From: Camelus dromedarius
Lineage: Eukaryota
Length of the DNA: 64,000 bases
Assembly (NCBI RefSeq): GCF_036321535.1
Contig: NC_087437.1
Coordinates: 71,240,001-71,304,000, forward strand
Reading direction: 5' to 3'
Below the pieces are notes generated by a model. The model ran no database searches. It was not told the DNA's origin and saw only the letters and a list, made by a program, of their open reading frames with translations. Below are positions 28,501 through 41,214 of the stretch, one piece after another. The first letter of the stretch is position 1; each line of letters opens with the position of its first letter. The position numbers and the translations under genes are program-made.

Positions 28501-30036
28501 CATTTCACCTTGAAGAAGTCCATTTAACATTTCTTGTAAGGCTGGTCTAGTGGTAATGAACTCTTTCAGCTTTTGTTTGTCTGGAAAACGCTCTCTTCCT
28601 TTCATTCTGAAGAACACCTTTTCTGGGTAGAGTATTCTTGACTGGCAGCTTTTTTTCTTTCAGCATTTTGAATGTAACATCCCACTTCTCTGGCCTACAA
28701 GATTTCTGCTGAAAAATCCACTGATAGTCTGATGGGAGTGCCCTTATACATAACAAGTTTCTTTTCTGTCACTACTTTTAAGATTCTCTCCTTTTCTTTA
28801 ATTTTTGACAGTTTAAGTATAAAGTATCTTGGTGTATGTATCCTTAATTCATCTTATTTGGTACTTTTTGGGCTTCCTGGATCTGGGTATCTGTTTTTTT
28901 CTCCAAGTTAGGGAAATTTTCAGCCAGTATTTCTTTGAATAAGCTTTCTGCCCCATTTTCTCTTCTCCCTAGTAACTCCTGTACTTGAGCCTGTTCCAAG
29001 ACCTATCATTGTCCCAAAGGGAGGGATCTCAGTCGGCATTTTGATGCAGGCTGATTAGAAGCTGTACCCTCAGGCAGCTGCTGAGAATGTAGGTAGTTAA
29101 GACCCTTCCAGGGAGAAACTAGATGTGTGTTTTTCCTGCTCCCTTTCACTGAACCCAGGTGTATAAGCACAGGACTGGGTGGCCAAGGTGGTGGGAGTGG
29201 GGTTCTCCTCTGCCCATTTAAAACCTGCTCATTTGCTACAGTCCTATGGGACTTAAGAATATAAGTTTCATTGGCAATCCAGGGATCCATCCCTTGGGTG
29301 GCAGTCAAAAAATTAGGGTGCCAGATGTGTGTACAAGCTCCTTTTAGAGAGATGCTGGCAATCTGACTTTATCTTTGGAGTAAACCAGAGGGGAAAGGCA
29401 AAGGAAGTACCCAGAGGCTCCCTGAGCCTCTGGAGAGGATGCAGCCCGGCCCTCTAGATGCTGCTCAATTAAAACTTGGACTCTCAGGCAGCAGCTTGTA
29501 ATGTATGTAGTCAAATCCCTTTCAGAGAAAGACTGGGAGACAGGCTTTTTTGCCTGCTTTCTCGGGGCTGAGCCCTAGCAGGACAGCCACAGTGAGTACT
29601 CACACATCCATTAAGACCTGTTTCTTTGTTTGGTATAGTCTTGTGTGTCTCATGACACATGCCTTGTTGGCTTTCAGAGCTAGGTGTCTTGGCAAGGGCC
29701 ATCCCTTGGTTGAATGGTTGTCTTTAAAGTTGGTTGCTAGGTGTACAGTCCAAACCCTTCAGTCCTCAGGGAGAAGCTGGGAGTTGGGAGTTCCCTCCCT
29801 ATATATTGCACTGTGGCAGGGATGGGGCTTGTGATGAGAGCGTGTCTCAGCCTTTCCTGTGGCTGTTTTCTGTGTATCCATGTGGGTATTTTCTCATTTG
29901 TCTGATATGGAAAAATCACACAGCTAGTTTCTGGATTTCTTTCAGAGGGAATTGCTCCCTGTGTAGCTACACATTCAATGCATCCAAGGGAGGAGGGACA
30001 TTCACGAACCTCCTATGTCACCATCTTGGGTCCTCC
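25512..30036 (-). mobile_element. Internally deleted LINE-1 keeping both termini
   Basis: 3'UTR at 25.5 kb, ORF2 C-terminus, a jump to the endonuclease region near 26690, ORF1 remnants at 28.5-29.0 kb, and a 5' start ggaggacccaagatggtg on -. Confidence 0.8.
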
Positions 30037-30066
30037 TTGGCATTTTTCCTCTTTTATTTTTTCCAG

Positions 30067-30210
30067 AAAGAACTAGAGAAGCAGAAGAGAATTAAAAGGA
30101 ACCAGCAGCTGGAAGCAATAGCCAAAGAACATTATGAAAAGATGTTGCTAAGAAGAAAAGGTCTGGAACCTTGGAAGAGGTTGAGATTGCAAAGCAAGCA
30201 AAACGTCCAG
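30067..30210 (+). CDS. CCDC191: CCDC191 coding exon
   Basis: Acceptor ttttttccAG and donor GTatag. Translates KELEKQKRIKRNQQLEAIAKEHYEKMLLRRKGLEPWKRLRLQSKQNVQ. Confidence 0.93.
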
Positions 30211-32004
30211 GTATAGTGTCACACTCTGAACCCCTTAAATTAGCAAGTGGATTTTTCAAATAGGATAAACACCCAGTTAGGCTTTGGAGGTTGTTTGGTG
30301 ATTTAAAAGTCAGAAAGATAAATGAGTTGAGTGTGTGTATTTGTTTTGGGTAGAAGTTTGGATTTGGTCTTCCAAGGTAGATAAAGATTTCTGTAATTGA
30401 ATAGGTTAAAGAAAAAACTAGAGCAAATTTTTGATTAGAGACCTATAAGGTGAGATAAATAGAGGCCTCTCTCAGCTTCAGCAGTGTATAGCTCTGTAAT
30501 AAAGAGAAAAATAATTATCATAAGGTATACTAATCAGGCTTCTGCTACAATAAAGCTGCCTAACAATCAGCCTCAGCACATCATGGATTACAGCCCAGCT
30601 GTTTATTTCCCGTTCACGTATCTGTGGGCCAGTCTGGATCAGGCTCAGGTCTCTCCACAGCCTCTCTTTCTGGCTCCAGCAGTTACTCGGGGCATGCTTT
30701 TCACCTGGCAGATGTCTGACACGTAAAGGCCAAACCCAGTTACGTGAACGCATATGAAACGTCTGCCTGTATCATGTTCACTAACATTCCACTGGCCAAA
30801 CAAGTCACAGGGCCAAACTCAAGGTCACTGAGCAGAGAAAGAGGCCACATCTATTCCCCTGGGAGGCAGGATGAAAACACATGCAAGTGTGAGTGTATAA
30901 TCTTATTATCAGGAACAGTAATCCACCCTACCACACAGACAAATGAAATCAAATCCCACTGAAATTCAGATATATCCAGTGCATAGAATAGGGTGTTAAC
31001 TACATGATCAAGAAGCTCTAAATAAATAAAATGTTTTCTTTAGAATTCTATTTAATAATAAGGTTAGTAATGCATGCTGGTTATGACTACTCTTACTTAC
31101 ACATTTGGTCAGGTTAATACTGAAAAGTAGGTTAATGTTTTTGGTTATGGAAACCAGGATTAAAAATGAACAGTAATGTTCTATATCCTAAGAATCTCAC
31201 TAAATTCAGTACCATACCTTTGTGAATGTGACTTAGGCTCCTGTTTGGAGGCCTGGGCCCATCTGTGCCCTAAGCCATTGCTGTTTTGCTTTGGCTTTTT
31301 CCTAGTAATGATGTGGAAGGGCTGACCCTTAGTCTTCTGAGTGAATGAGTCTGGAAATGAAATTTGAAATTTGAATGGAAATTTGCTTCTTGTAATATAC
31401 TGCCACAAAGACTGGTTTTATCAGATAGTTTGTTATCCAGCTGAGTGCTCCTAGTTTTGTTTTATTTTATCTGATTGTTGTCTATTATTTTTAATTATTA
31501 ATACACAAAAGAAAAGCAGACAGGGAGTGGAAAACACTCTAACAGACTTATCAGCTCTGCTTTTTTGGTCCCTGATTTTGACCAAGTAAAATCAAGAAAG
31601 GTACAAAGTTTAGAAATAAAATAATCTATGAGTGAATAACCAAATTAAATTTTTAAAAATTTATTCATAAGAATGTAAAAATAGAAAAAGGAGTTTGAGC
31701 TCAAAATGACAATTATAGGCTTTAAATATTTAAAAATCTAATTAAAATAAAAACAGGAAAACACAGACCTGAAACCATTTCCAAACTTTCCTATCCATAA
31801 CACCATCTGGAGAACTTAAAAACGAAAAAATGCATCTCTCTGTTCCCACCTCCAGGTCTTCTCAGTGGGTCTGGGGTTTTGGCAAAGGTTGGGTGGAGGA
31901 CAGTGTGTCAGGGAATCTGCATTTTTAAAAAGTAACCCAGGGGATTCTGATCCCAGTGACCTGAGCACCACATTTTGAGAATCACCTCTCTAGTTTGTAA
32001 CAAG

Positions 32005-32440
32005 TGTGTTAGTCTCCTATTGCTGTTATAACAAATTACCCCAAATACAGTAGCTTAAAACAACAGATTTATCATCTTAAAATTCTGGAGGTCAGAAGTC
32101 CAAAATCAGACTTACTGGACCAAAGTCAGTGTGTTAGCAGGACAGGTTCCTTGTGGAGGGTCCCAGGAGAGACTGTTTCCTTGCCTTTTTTAACTTCTCG
32201 TGGCTGCCTGCATTCATTGCCCACAGCACCTTCCTCGACGCCACAGCTCACATTGATGCTGATCCTCTTACAGGGACTCTTATGATTAATTTAGGGCTCT
32301 TCCATATAATCCAGGATCATCTCCCCATTTAAAGATCCTTTACCTAATCACATGTGCAAAATCCCTTTTACCATGTAAAATAACGTATTTCCAGGGTTAG
32401 GATGTGGCCATCCCTGAGGGCCACTATTCAGCCTACCACA
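32005..32440 (-). mobile_element. MLT1C/D-type MaLR LTR
   Basis: tgtgttagtctcctattgctgttataacaaattacc ... ggccactattcagcctaccaca. Confidence 0.82.
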
Positions 32441-33792
32441 AAGAATAATGGAATTTTAGAACATCAGCAATTCTCTTCCATCTATTTCAGTTTGTAAATA
32501 AGGGAACTGAGCCTTAGAGGAGAACTGACTTGCTAAGGTTACAAGCACACTGGTTACAAAGCTAGAACAGAGTTCAGCAACGCCTTCCTCCAAAACTCCT
32601 GCCCAGTTCGGGCGTGTCTTTTATGCTATATAGAAATCAGAGGTGTGTTTAGATACCAACTGTCAGCTGAAAGTAAAAAAAATAAAAGGAGACATTCTGG
32701 AGGACAGTAAGAGGAAGGGGCAGCTTCTTCATCCACGAGAGTCGGCTCCCAGGAAGGGATAGAAGAAATTAAGAAAGAAAAGGGGTCCAGTTAAACAGTT
32801 CCTGGCTTAACATTTTCCCCCCAGAAGAGTTATTTAGCATTCCCCTTAAATTCAAATGTGCTGTATTCCATTTGTTCCAACAACCATTTTCAGAACTTTT
32901 AAGGGATCTTCTGACCATCTTTCTCTCCCTGGATCTCTGTGTTTTCCCAGAGGATGGAGCGCAGGGAGGAGGGTAGGGGGCTGTATGTTTCTGGCTCCCA
33001 GGTGCCACAGAGACTTCCTGTGACGGGGATTTAGGCCACTGTGTATGATTGCCAAGGGACTCGCCTGAATCGGTCACATGCACAGTGCTGTGGCAGGACG
33101 AAGACTTAGAAAAATGTGTAATTGTCTGGAGAGGACCAAACAGAGGGCTTTTCCTTCTGACCTCTTGAAAGAATGTAACAGTTACTTTTTTAAATCTACA
33201 GAGTCTGAGTTGTGTGTTTATTCTGATAGAATGATACTCTGAGCCTTTTAAGTTGGTAAGACATTAAATTATTCATCATGTTATTTTTCTGTCAAATGTT
33301 TTTGTGGTTTATTAATAATGTCTAAATTTCAGTGCTTGTGATAGCTCATTCTGCACAACTAATTGAAAGTATTGGCATTTCCTCAATTAGACAGTGGTTA
33401 ACTACGTAATAAAGAGAAGTTTGTTAGGGAGTTGCTGCCCAAGCTCCAGGAGAACAAACCAAGAATGTTGCCAGCCACTCGCTTCAAAACTCAATGCAAG
33501 TGACATGATGGTTTTGGAGGTTGTTTATCCCATGTCCTTAATAACCAGCCAGTCACTGTGGTCTTCAGGGAGTCAGCACTGAAAAGCTATGCATGTTGTG
33601 AATCTAAAATCCCTGTGTAATACAGCCAGCAGTCAAAGCTTTTAGGACGTAGGCTGAATGTCTTTAAGATTATTCTCTCTGGTAACTGCCTACATGTGGT
33701 TTACAGCATCACTTGCCACAGTGATGTGTATTTCCTTTGATGTTTTAAGATACAAGGAATAATTTCCTTTTCTCATTTAAAAAATTGTTCAG

Positions 33793-33945
33793 GTGGCCAA
33801 AGAGCATCACTCTTTGGCCCTCCAGAGGAAATGCCTGCTGACCTGGTTCCAGTGGAGTCAGGAAAGCCTGGCTAGGAAAGTGGCCCGGGCTGATCAATTT
33901 TATGACCAAATACTGCTTAGGAGAGTCTTCCGGAGCTGGCTGCAG
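33793..33945 (+). CDS. CCDC191: CCDC191 coding exon
   Basis: Acceptor ttgttcAG and donor GTaagg. Translates VAKEHHSLALQRKCLLTWFQWSQESLARKVARADQFYDQILLRRVFRSWLQ. Confidence 0.92.
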
Positions 33946-34471
33946 GTAAGGCCACAGGCAAGGGAGTTATAAATACATGTCTCTGCTCAACCCTGTGTAA
34001 GAAAATCAGGTGCACTCCAGCCATCAACAGTCATGGTGTTCTTTCAGGAACAATATGGAAGAGTCAATTCATTGCTTTGAAATGAATTTGAAAATGTCAA
34101 ATCAATTTTTTTTTAGTATAAAATCTTAAGCACATTTCCTTTCACACAGAGTATCCCTCCACCTGTAACATCATTACATCAGCTTTTGTTTTTATATTAG
34201 TTTCTTGTCCCATAATTGCTTAAGTGATTTTACAAGAAACCTGTCCCTTTAGTTTTCTGTTCCTCTGACTCCATTATTATCTTCTTAATACATTACCGAG
34301 GATATGACCTGAGCTGATACGTTAGTCTTTTTCCTTATGCCTCCAGTGTCCTTTGTTCCTGTTTTGTGTTTTATCCGTTGTTCCTTTGTTTTGTCTTTCT
34401 CTTTTGTACTGTTTATTTGCTCGAATTCTTTGTGATATAATGTCTCACTTTTTTCCTGTCCTCGTCCCCAG

Positions 34472-34617
34472 TACCTGATTGATCTTGAGGAAGAATTACA
34501 AAAACTGTGTGCACAGTTTCTTCAGAAGAAGGTTTTCCAGGCCTGGTGCAACATGGTCAGGGAGGCCAAGATCGATTCTCAGAACAAGCACAGGACTGCG
34601 GTGGAGCACAGTGACAG
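34472..34617 (+). CDS. CCDC191: CCDC191 coding exon
   Basis: Acceptor cctcgtccccAG and donor GTgagg. Translates YLIDLEEELQKLCAQFLQKKVFQAWCNMVREAKIDSQNKHRTAVEHSD(R). Confidence 0.92.
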
Positions 34618-36439
34618 GTGAGGCTTTGATCTTTACAGAAATTCACTCACTGGCTTCACAACTGCTCTGCAGTAGATTCTGTGCCTGGAATGGGTCTGAA
34701 AAGCTGAGGCGGGGGCTAGGAGAGCTGGGCACTCAGAGATACTGGGCAGGGGAGGGAGTCCCAGCTCGCCCCCGACCACATGGGTGCAGACAAGATAGGA
34801 AATCCCCTGGCACTCCAGGGGCCCATCTTTAAAATGAGGAGGTGGAGGAGGAAGCCTGCCCTCCCTTCCTCACAGGACTGGCAAGAGAATAAAGTGATGG
34901 GAATACCTGAAACACACCTAAGCAGAGGTACTGTGTTCTCTGTCATATAGTTTTAAGTTTCTTTCTTTTAAACATTGTCTATTGTGAAATATAACACAAA
35001 TATAGAAAAGTGGTTAAATAATACAAATAAAGCTTAATATCCAGAACTTGTATAAAATGGACACCCTGGTTACCACCGTGAGGTCTAGGACACTGCTGTC
35101 CTCTGAAGTCCCTCCAGGCTCCTTCCCAATCACAGGCCTTGCCTCTCCCTCCTGAAGGTAAACTATTCTCCTGACCTTTGTGGAGAATACTTCCTGGCAC
35201 GTCTTTTTATTTTTACCTCCTAAGTATGCAGACTTCAAGGCTTGGAACTTTATAAAAGTAGAATCATACTATGTCTTATTAACATTTATAATATAGTGAT
35301 GTCTTTAATTCAGTCCTTGAGGAGTAAGTATTCCATGTAAGTACACTTTTTCTTTGTCTTCTAACTTTAAGCATTTTGGATAGGAATGTTCTAAATTTCC
35401 ATCTTGCACTTCCCTTTGAGAGTAAACAAGTGACCTGCCTGCCCTTTTTTGGGGATTTAATGTCATTCCTTCCGAGCATCAGTTACCACGGCGGGCCCGT
35501 GCGTCCAGGTTCTGAGGTGTGCAGACAGTTGTGGACGTGTAGACGTGTCCCTTTTCTCACTACACTGACTTTTGGGTTGCCTTGTTTTCATTTGTGGAGT
35601 GGTGTGTGTGTCTGTTTTTCAGTAAGTACTCCTGTTGTGTCGCTGGGAGGGCGCCCACCTCCAGCAACACCTGCTCATCTTTGTTTACAGATACTGAAAT
35701 CCGTGGGCTGGGAAAACGTAAGCAAGTTGATTCTAATTTTGTCTAAAATAAATAGGCAATGAATCAGGGGATTCAGAGGACTTGCCTTTGAATAAATGCT
35801 TTCATTTGAACCTCCCTGGTCCTCGTTTATACGAGGATAACCACAGAACCACAGTCTTTATGGGGTTGTTGTAAAGACAAAACAAGGTAACAAGGGACCT
35901 CAATTAATGCACTGCTTGGCCCAAAATAATAGCTGTTTTTTTGTTTATTGTCATGTTAATGTATTATTATTAAACATCTTTTGTTTTCTGCTTCTCAGCT
36001 GCCAAAAACAGAATGAAAGATTCCCTGGGGCAGCTGCCTGATGTGACAGGACAGTGAGGGGGCTTTCACACACCACCTCATCTGACCGCAGTGTAGGCCG
36101 GAGGGGAGGGGGGCGGACGTCAGGATTCCCGTTTTCAGGGAAGGAAACTGAAGTTACAACCAGGTTGGTGAATTGCCCAAGGTGCTCAAATAACAAATGG
36201 TGGACCCTGGACTCCGTCAGGTTTTCTGACTCCAAATCATTCTCTTCTTGCTAAATCAGTCTTCTTCCCAATTTTTCTAATAATTCGATCTCATCTGTCA
36301 ATTAAAATAAAATAGTAAGATGGTGGTCCTATTCAGGGTTTGAAGTTACATAATCGGTATGGAAATCCATGCATTCAACAAGAAATAAATTCTCAGCCAG
36401 GGTCTGCCTGATGTAAAAGCACTGCTGTGACTTCATCCC

Positions 36440-36782
36440 TTCCCATGCATCTCCTCGTTCTCCCTGGTCCAGCCCCACTGGCCTCTCTCAGTGCTCCTTG
36501 GACAAACCACACTCATACCTGCTTCAGAGCTCTCACGTGACCTGTATCTCCTCACCATTCAGGTTTCCACTCAAATGCACACCACTGGCCTCCATCCCTG
36601 TCTGTCCAATAACCTGCCCTGTTTTCTTCATAGCACTTAAGACTCTCTGAAATTATCACTGTTTATATGTTTGTTGTCTGTCCGTCCCCACCACATCTTG
36701 CTCACTGCTGTATTCTCAGCATGACAGAGCCCAATACATGGGTATGTGATAGTACTTGGTACACGAATGAATGAATGAATGA
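36440..36782 (+). mobile_element. LINE-2 3' fragment
   Basis: L2 body motifs ending in a (gaat)n tail. Confidence 0.65.
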
Positions 36783-37852
36783 GTTTTACTGCAGGAGTGA
36801 TACTAATATGTAGTCACAGATCTTTTAAAAGGAACTTTAACACTTAAAATTGACATTCAGAGTTCTTAATTCAGTTTTATTTGAATGAAAGAATATAGAC
36901 TTATAAAAAGTCTGGTATTTTATACATGGCAGGACTAAGAGATGTCAGCAGACCTAAGTCTTCATCATCAGCAGGCACTGTGTTACTGTGCAGGTAGAGC
37001 CCAGCCATGCACTTGCCCAGTCCTTCCCAGCTGAACCAGTACTTCTGGGTAAATTTCTGATATTGCCTTGGTACTGCAGTTCTTAACTACTTTGGAGTCT
37101 TAGAGCCCTGTGAGGTAGTAATGAAAGTCACAGACCTGCTCCCCAGAAAATGCACACGTGCACATCACACAGAGCTTCACACAAAACGTCAAGGAGCTTG
37201 TGGACCTCAGGGGGACAGATGTAGGTAGATGGACATGGATGGTAGGTAGGTAGATACTATAAATAAGCACCAAACCAGTGACTGTGACCACGCGCTTTAG
37301 GAGTTTGGAGGACGGGAAAATAAATGGAGGTGAAGATGATCTAGGAAGATTCCCCCCAGGGGGCAGAGCACTTCAGTTAGGGTAGAACAGTAGGAGCTAA
37401 AATGTAGAAGTCAGAAAATGGGAATGTAGCCCCATTTAGAAAAAGGTGTGAACAGCAGGTGAGAGTAGGCAATGGGGTCAAGGACTGGGAGTGGGTCATA
37501 CGGCCGAGTACAGGAAGCTGTAAGTGATGGACTGGATGGATGGAAGAAAGCAGATGAAGCAGCGCCACTCCTTGAGGCTCCTGTTTTGTTTTTAACTTAA
37601 CAGTAATACCTCCTCCAACAACAACAAAAAAATCAACATTATCAGAAACATCAAACAGCCATCAGCCATAAAATTAATGGAGACTGAAATACATTCTAGG
37701 GGAGCTTCATTAAAAGGTCAAGAAAGCCAGAATAAATTCCATCTATGCCTCTAGTTGTGAAAATATAAACTTAGCTATTCTTGCCTCTGCCTGTACTCAA
37801 GATGTGTCCTCTTCTAGGAAAGCTGTTTCTTTGCCTGATAAAAATTCAGCTC

Positions 37853-40798
37853 GAGGGATCAAGATGGCAGAGTAGGAATATGTGGTGCTCACCTCTCCCA
37901 GAAACACAAAAATACATCTACATGTGGAACAATTCTCACAGAAAACTGGAAACTGGCAGAAGATCTCCCATTTAACCAAAGCTGCAAGAAAGATCTCCAC
38001 TTAACTGGGTAGGATGGAGAAGAGGCATCAGGCCAGGACCTGCGCCCCTGGGAGGGATCTGAAAAGAGGAGGTCTGCACAGATGGAACCTCGCCCTGGGG
38101 AGGGAGCAGGTGGAGCCACAATCTGGGCATCCCAGTCCTGGGGTCCTGCACAGAGGAGACAGCCCCCTTGGCTGCTGGGAGAACTGCTGGGACAGAGAGA
38201 AGGGCTGGAGAAGCCTAGACTCTACTTTCAAGCAGCGCACACAAGTTGTCTTGCCAACAGCCATGGCGAGAGAGCCTTGCACCGGTGGCTCCACCTTCCT
38301 GGACTCCCTAATCAGAACAGGGAGAACACTTCTGCCCTGCCCCCTCCACACCCACGTGGTGCAAGATCTGGGCCACCTGGGCGCTGGGAAGAGACTCGGT
38401 CAAGCTACGCAGAGAGCGCCGGGGAGCCTGGGGTGTGATTTCGGTGGAGTGGCAGCAGCCATGGTCAGCGTTCACCCGGACGGGACCCCAGGAGCACGTG
38501 GTGGTTCACCCTCCCGCCGAGCAAACACTCCACACTGCAGCTTAGTGCAGGATCTGGGACAGGCAAGCCCAGGGAGAAGGCTCAGCCTAGCTGCTCAGAG
38601 ACGGCCCAGGGGGACTGGGGTGTGAGCTGGGTGGGGCGGCAGCAGCGGCCACTGTCAGAGCTCACTCCTGCGGTGCTGCAGGAACACACCAGGGTTCCTC
38701 TCCCAGAGCCACCCACTCCGCACCACAGCTTAGCACTGGACCTGGGGCAGACAGGTCCTGGGAGAAGAGTGCCACAGAAGCAGCCCAGATCTCAGGTGGC
38801 AGCACAGCCACGTCACTTCCTGCAGCCATAATTCCCTGACCCCCCAGCCCCAGCCTCGTGAACGTTCCAGCCCCACCCAGTCCACACCACACCTTGCACT
38901 AAATGTGGGACAAACACAACGGGAAGAGACGTGACGTTGGGCTGCATCTGAGCAGAGCCACGGACACCTACACAGGCGGGGCACTGGACCTCTAAGTGCA
39001 CGAGCCTCCCCCACTTCAGCGCTCCCCCAACTCCGGGGCAGGGCACGCGCTCAGGGGAATGCAGTCTGATCGGGCCTCACCCTCAGGGCTTCTACTCCAA
39101 CCATTGGGAACCTGACAGGGCGGCAACTGCCACCGAGCAGAGAGGAAGTCCTGCCTCACGCTCTGCTTGGGATTTAGATCCCCCAACACCAACCACCCCC
39201 CATCAAGGTGATAACGGCCAGCACACCCTGAGGAATGACGTGGCTGGCATCCGTATCAAAACCAACCCTCGCACCAAAAATACTGGACACAAACAGTCTA
39301 CACGGGGATGCTCCCACATAAAAACACTCTTTCAAGACCAGTAGATAACTTTCTCTGTCTCTATAAATTCAAGAGAAAAACAGTTAAGTAAAATGAAAAG
39401 ACAGAGGAACTGGTCCCAATAAAAAGAGCAAGAAAAATCCCCTGAAAGAACAAATAATGAAACAAGAGCTCACCAGTCTACCAGATTCCAAGTTCAAAAA
39501 GATGGTAATAAAAATGCTGACTAAATTAAGAAAGCTTATCAAAAGAAACACAGATCACTGTAACAAGGAACTAGAAACTAAAAAGATGAACCCGTCAAAA
39601 ATGTAGAATTCAATTTCTGAGATAAAATGCAATCTAAAAGCAATGGATAGCCAACTAAATGACACAGAACACATAAATGATCTGAAAGATAGAATAATGA
39701 AAATCACCCAATCAGAACAGCAGACAGAAAGACAAATGAAAAACAAATAAAAGCAACATACAAGATCTATGATTACCCTGTAATCAAAACAGAGTAGTAC
39801 TGGCACAAAAACAGGTCAGCAGAACAGAACAGAGAGCCCAGAAATAAAGTCGCGCACCTGTGGTCAGTTAGTGTATGACAACGCAGGCAGGAATGTACAG
39901 TGCAGAAAAGACAGTGTCTTCAACAAGTGGTGCTGGGAAAGCTGGACTGCTTATATGTAAACCAGTGAAATTAGAACATTCCCTCACACCATATACAAAA
40001 ATAAAACTCAAAATCATTTTAAAGACCTAAATGTTAAGATATATCACCATAAAACCTCCTAGAAGAGAACATAGGCAAGACATTCCTGGACATAAACCAT
40101 AGCAATATTTTCTTAGATCTGTCTCCGAAAGCAAAAGAAATAAAAGTAAACAAATGAGATCTAATCCAACTTAAAAGCTTTTGCATAGCAAAGGATACTA
40201 TCAACAAAATGAAAAGATAACCTATGTAATGGGGGGAAATATTTGCAAATGACAGGACTCACAAGGGGTTAATATCCAGAATAAACAAATAGCTCATACA
40301 ACTCAATATTGAAAAAACCCAATCAAAAAAGGGGCAGAAGACCTAAACAGACATTTTTCCAAAGACACACAGATGACCAACAGGCACAGGAAGAGATCTT
40401 CAACATCAGTAATTATTAGAGAAATGCAAATCAAAACTGGTCAGAATGGCCATCATCAAAAAGTCTACAAGTAATAAATGCTGGAGAGGGTGTGGAAAAA
40501 GGGAAGAATCCTTGTACATTGTTCATGGGAATGTAAATTGGTGTATCCACTATAGAAAACAGTATGGAGTTTCCTTATGAAACTAAAAATACAGCTACCA
40601 TATGATCCAGCAATTCCCTCCAGGGTATATGTCCAGAAAAAACGAAAACTCTAATTCAAAAAGATACATGCATCCCAATGTTCATAGCAGCAATGCTCAT
40701 AATTTAAAATAACCAAGACATAGAAGGAGCCCAAGTGCCCATCAACAAACAGCTGGCTTAAGATGTGTGTGTGTATGTATCCCCATACACAATATATA

Positions 40799-40839
<41 letters not shown>

Positions 40840-41214
40840 GGAATATTACTCAGCCATTAAAAAGAATGAAATATTGCCATTGTGGCAACATGGATGGACC
40901 TAAAGAATATTATACTTAATGAATTAAGTCAGATAGAAAAACAAATTATTATATGATAGCACTTATATGTGGAATCTAAAAATAATACAAATGAATGTAT
41001 ATACAAAACAGAAACAGACTCACAGACACAGAAAACAAACTTACAATTCCCAAAGGGGAAAGGATAGATGAAAGGACAAATGGGAATATGGGATTAGCAG
41101 ATACAAACTACTGTACATAAAATAGATAAGCAACAAGGATTTACCATATAGCACAGGGAATCATACCCACTATCTTGTAATAATCTATAAAGAAATCTGT
41201 AAAAAAGGAAAAAA
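37853..41214 (+). mobile_element. Internally deleted LINE-1 (5'UTR, ORF1 start, ORF2 C-terminus, 3'UTR)
   Basis: Starts gagggatcaagatggcag. GC-rich 5'UTR, ORF1-like sequence from about 39393, and an abrupt join to late ORF2 near 39775. Confidence 0.88.
40802..40837. repeat. (CA)n microsatellite inside the L1
   Basis: Read directly. Confidence 0.9.

Noticed and set aside
38014..38625. 203-aa ORF
   Set aside because: Lies in a GC-rich L1 5'UTR and has no recognisable domain.
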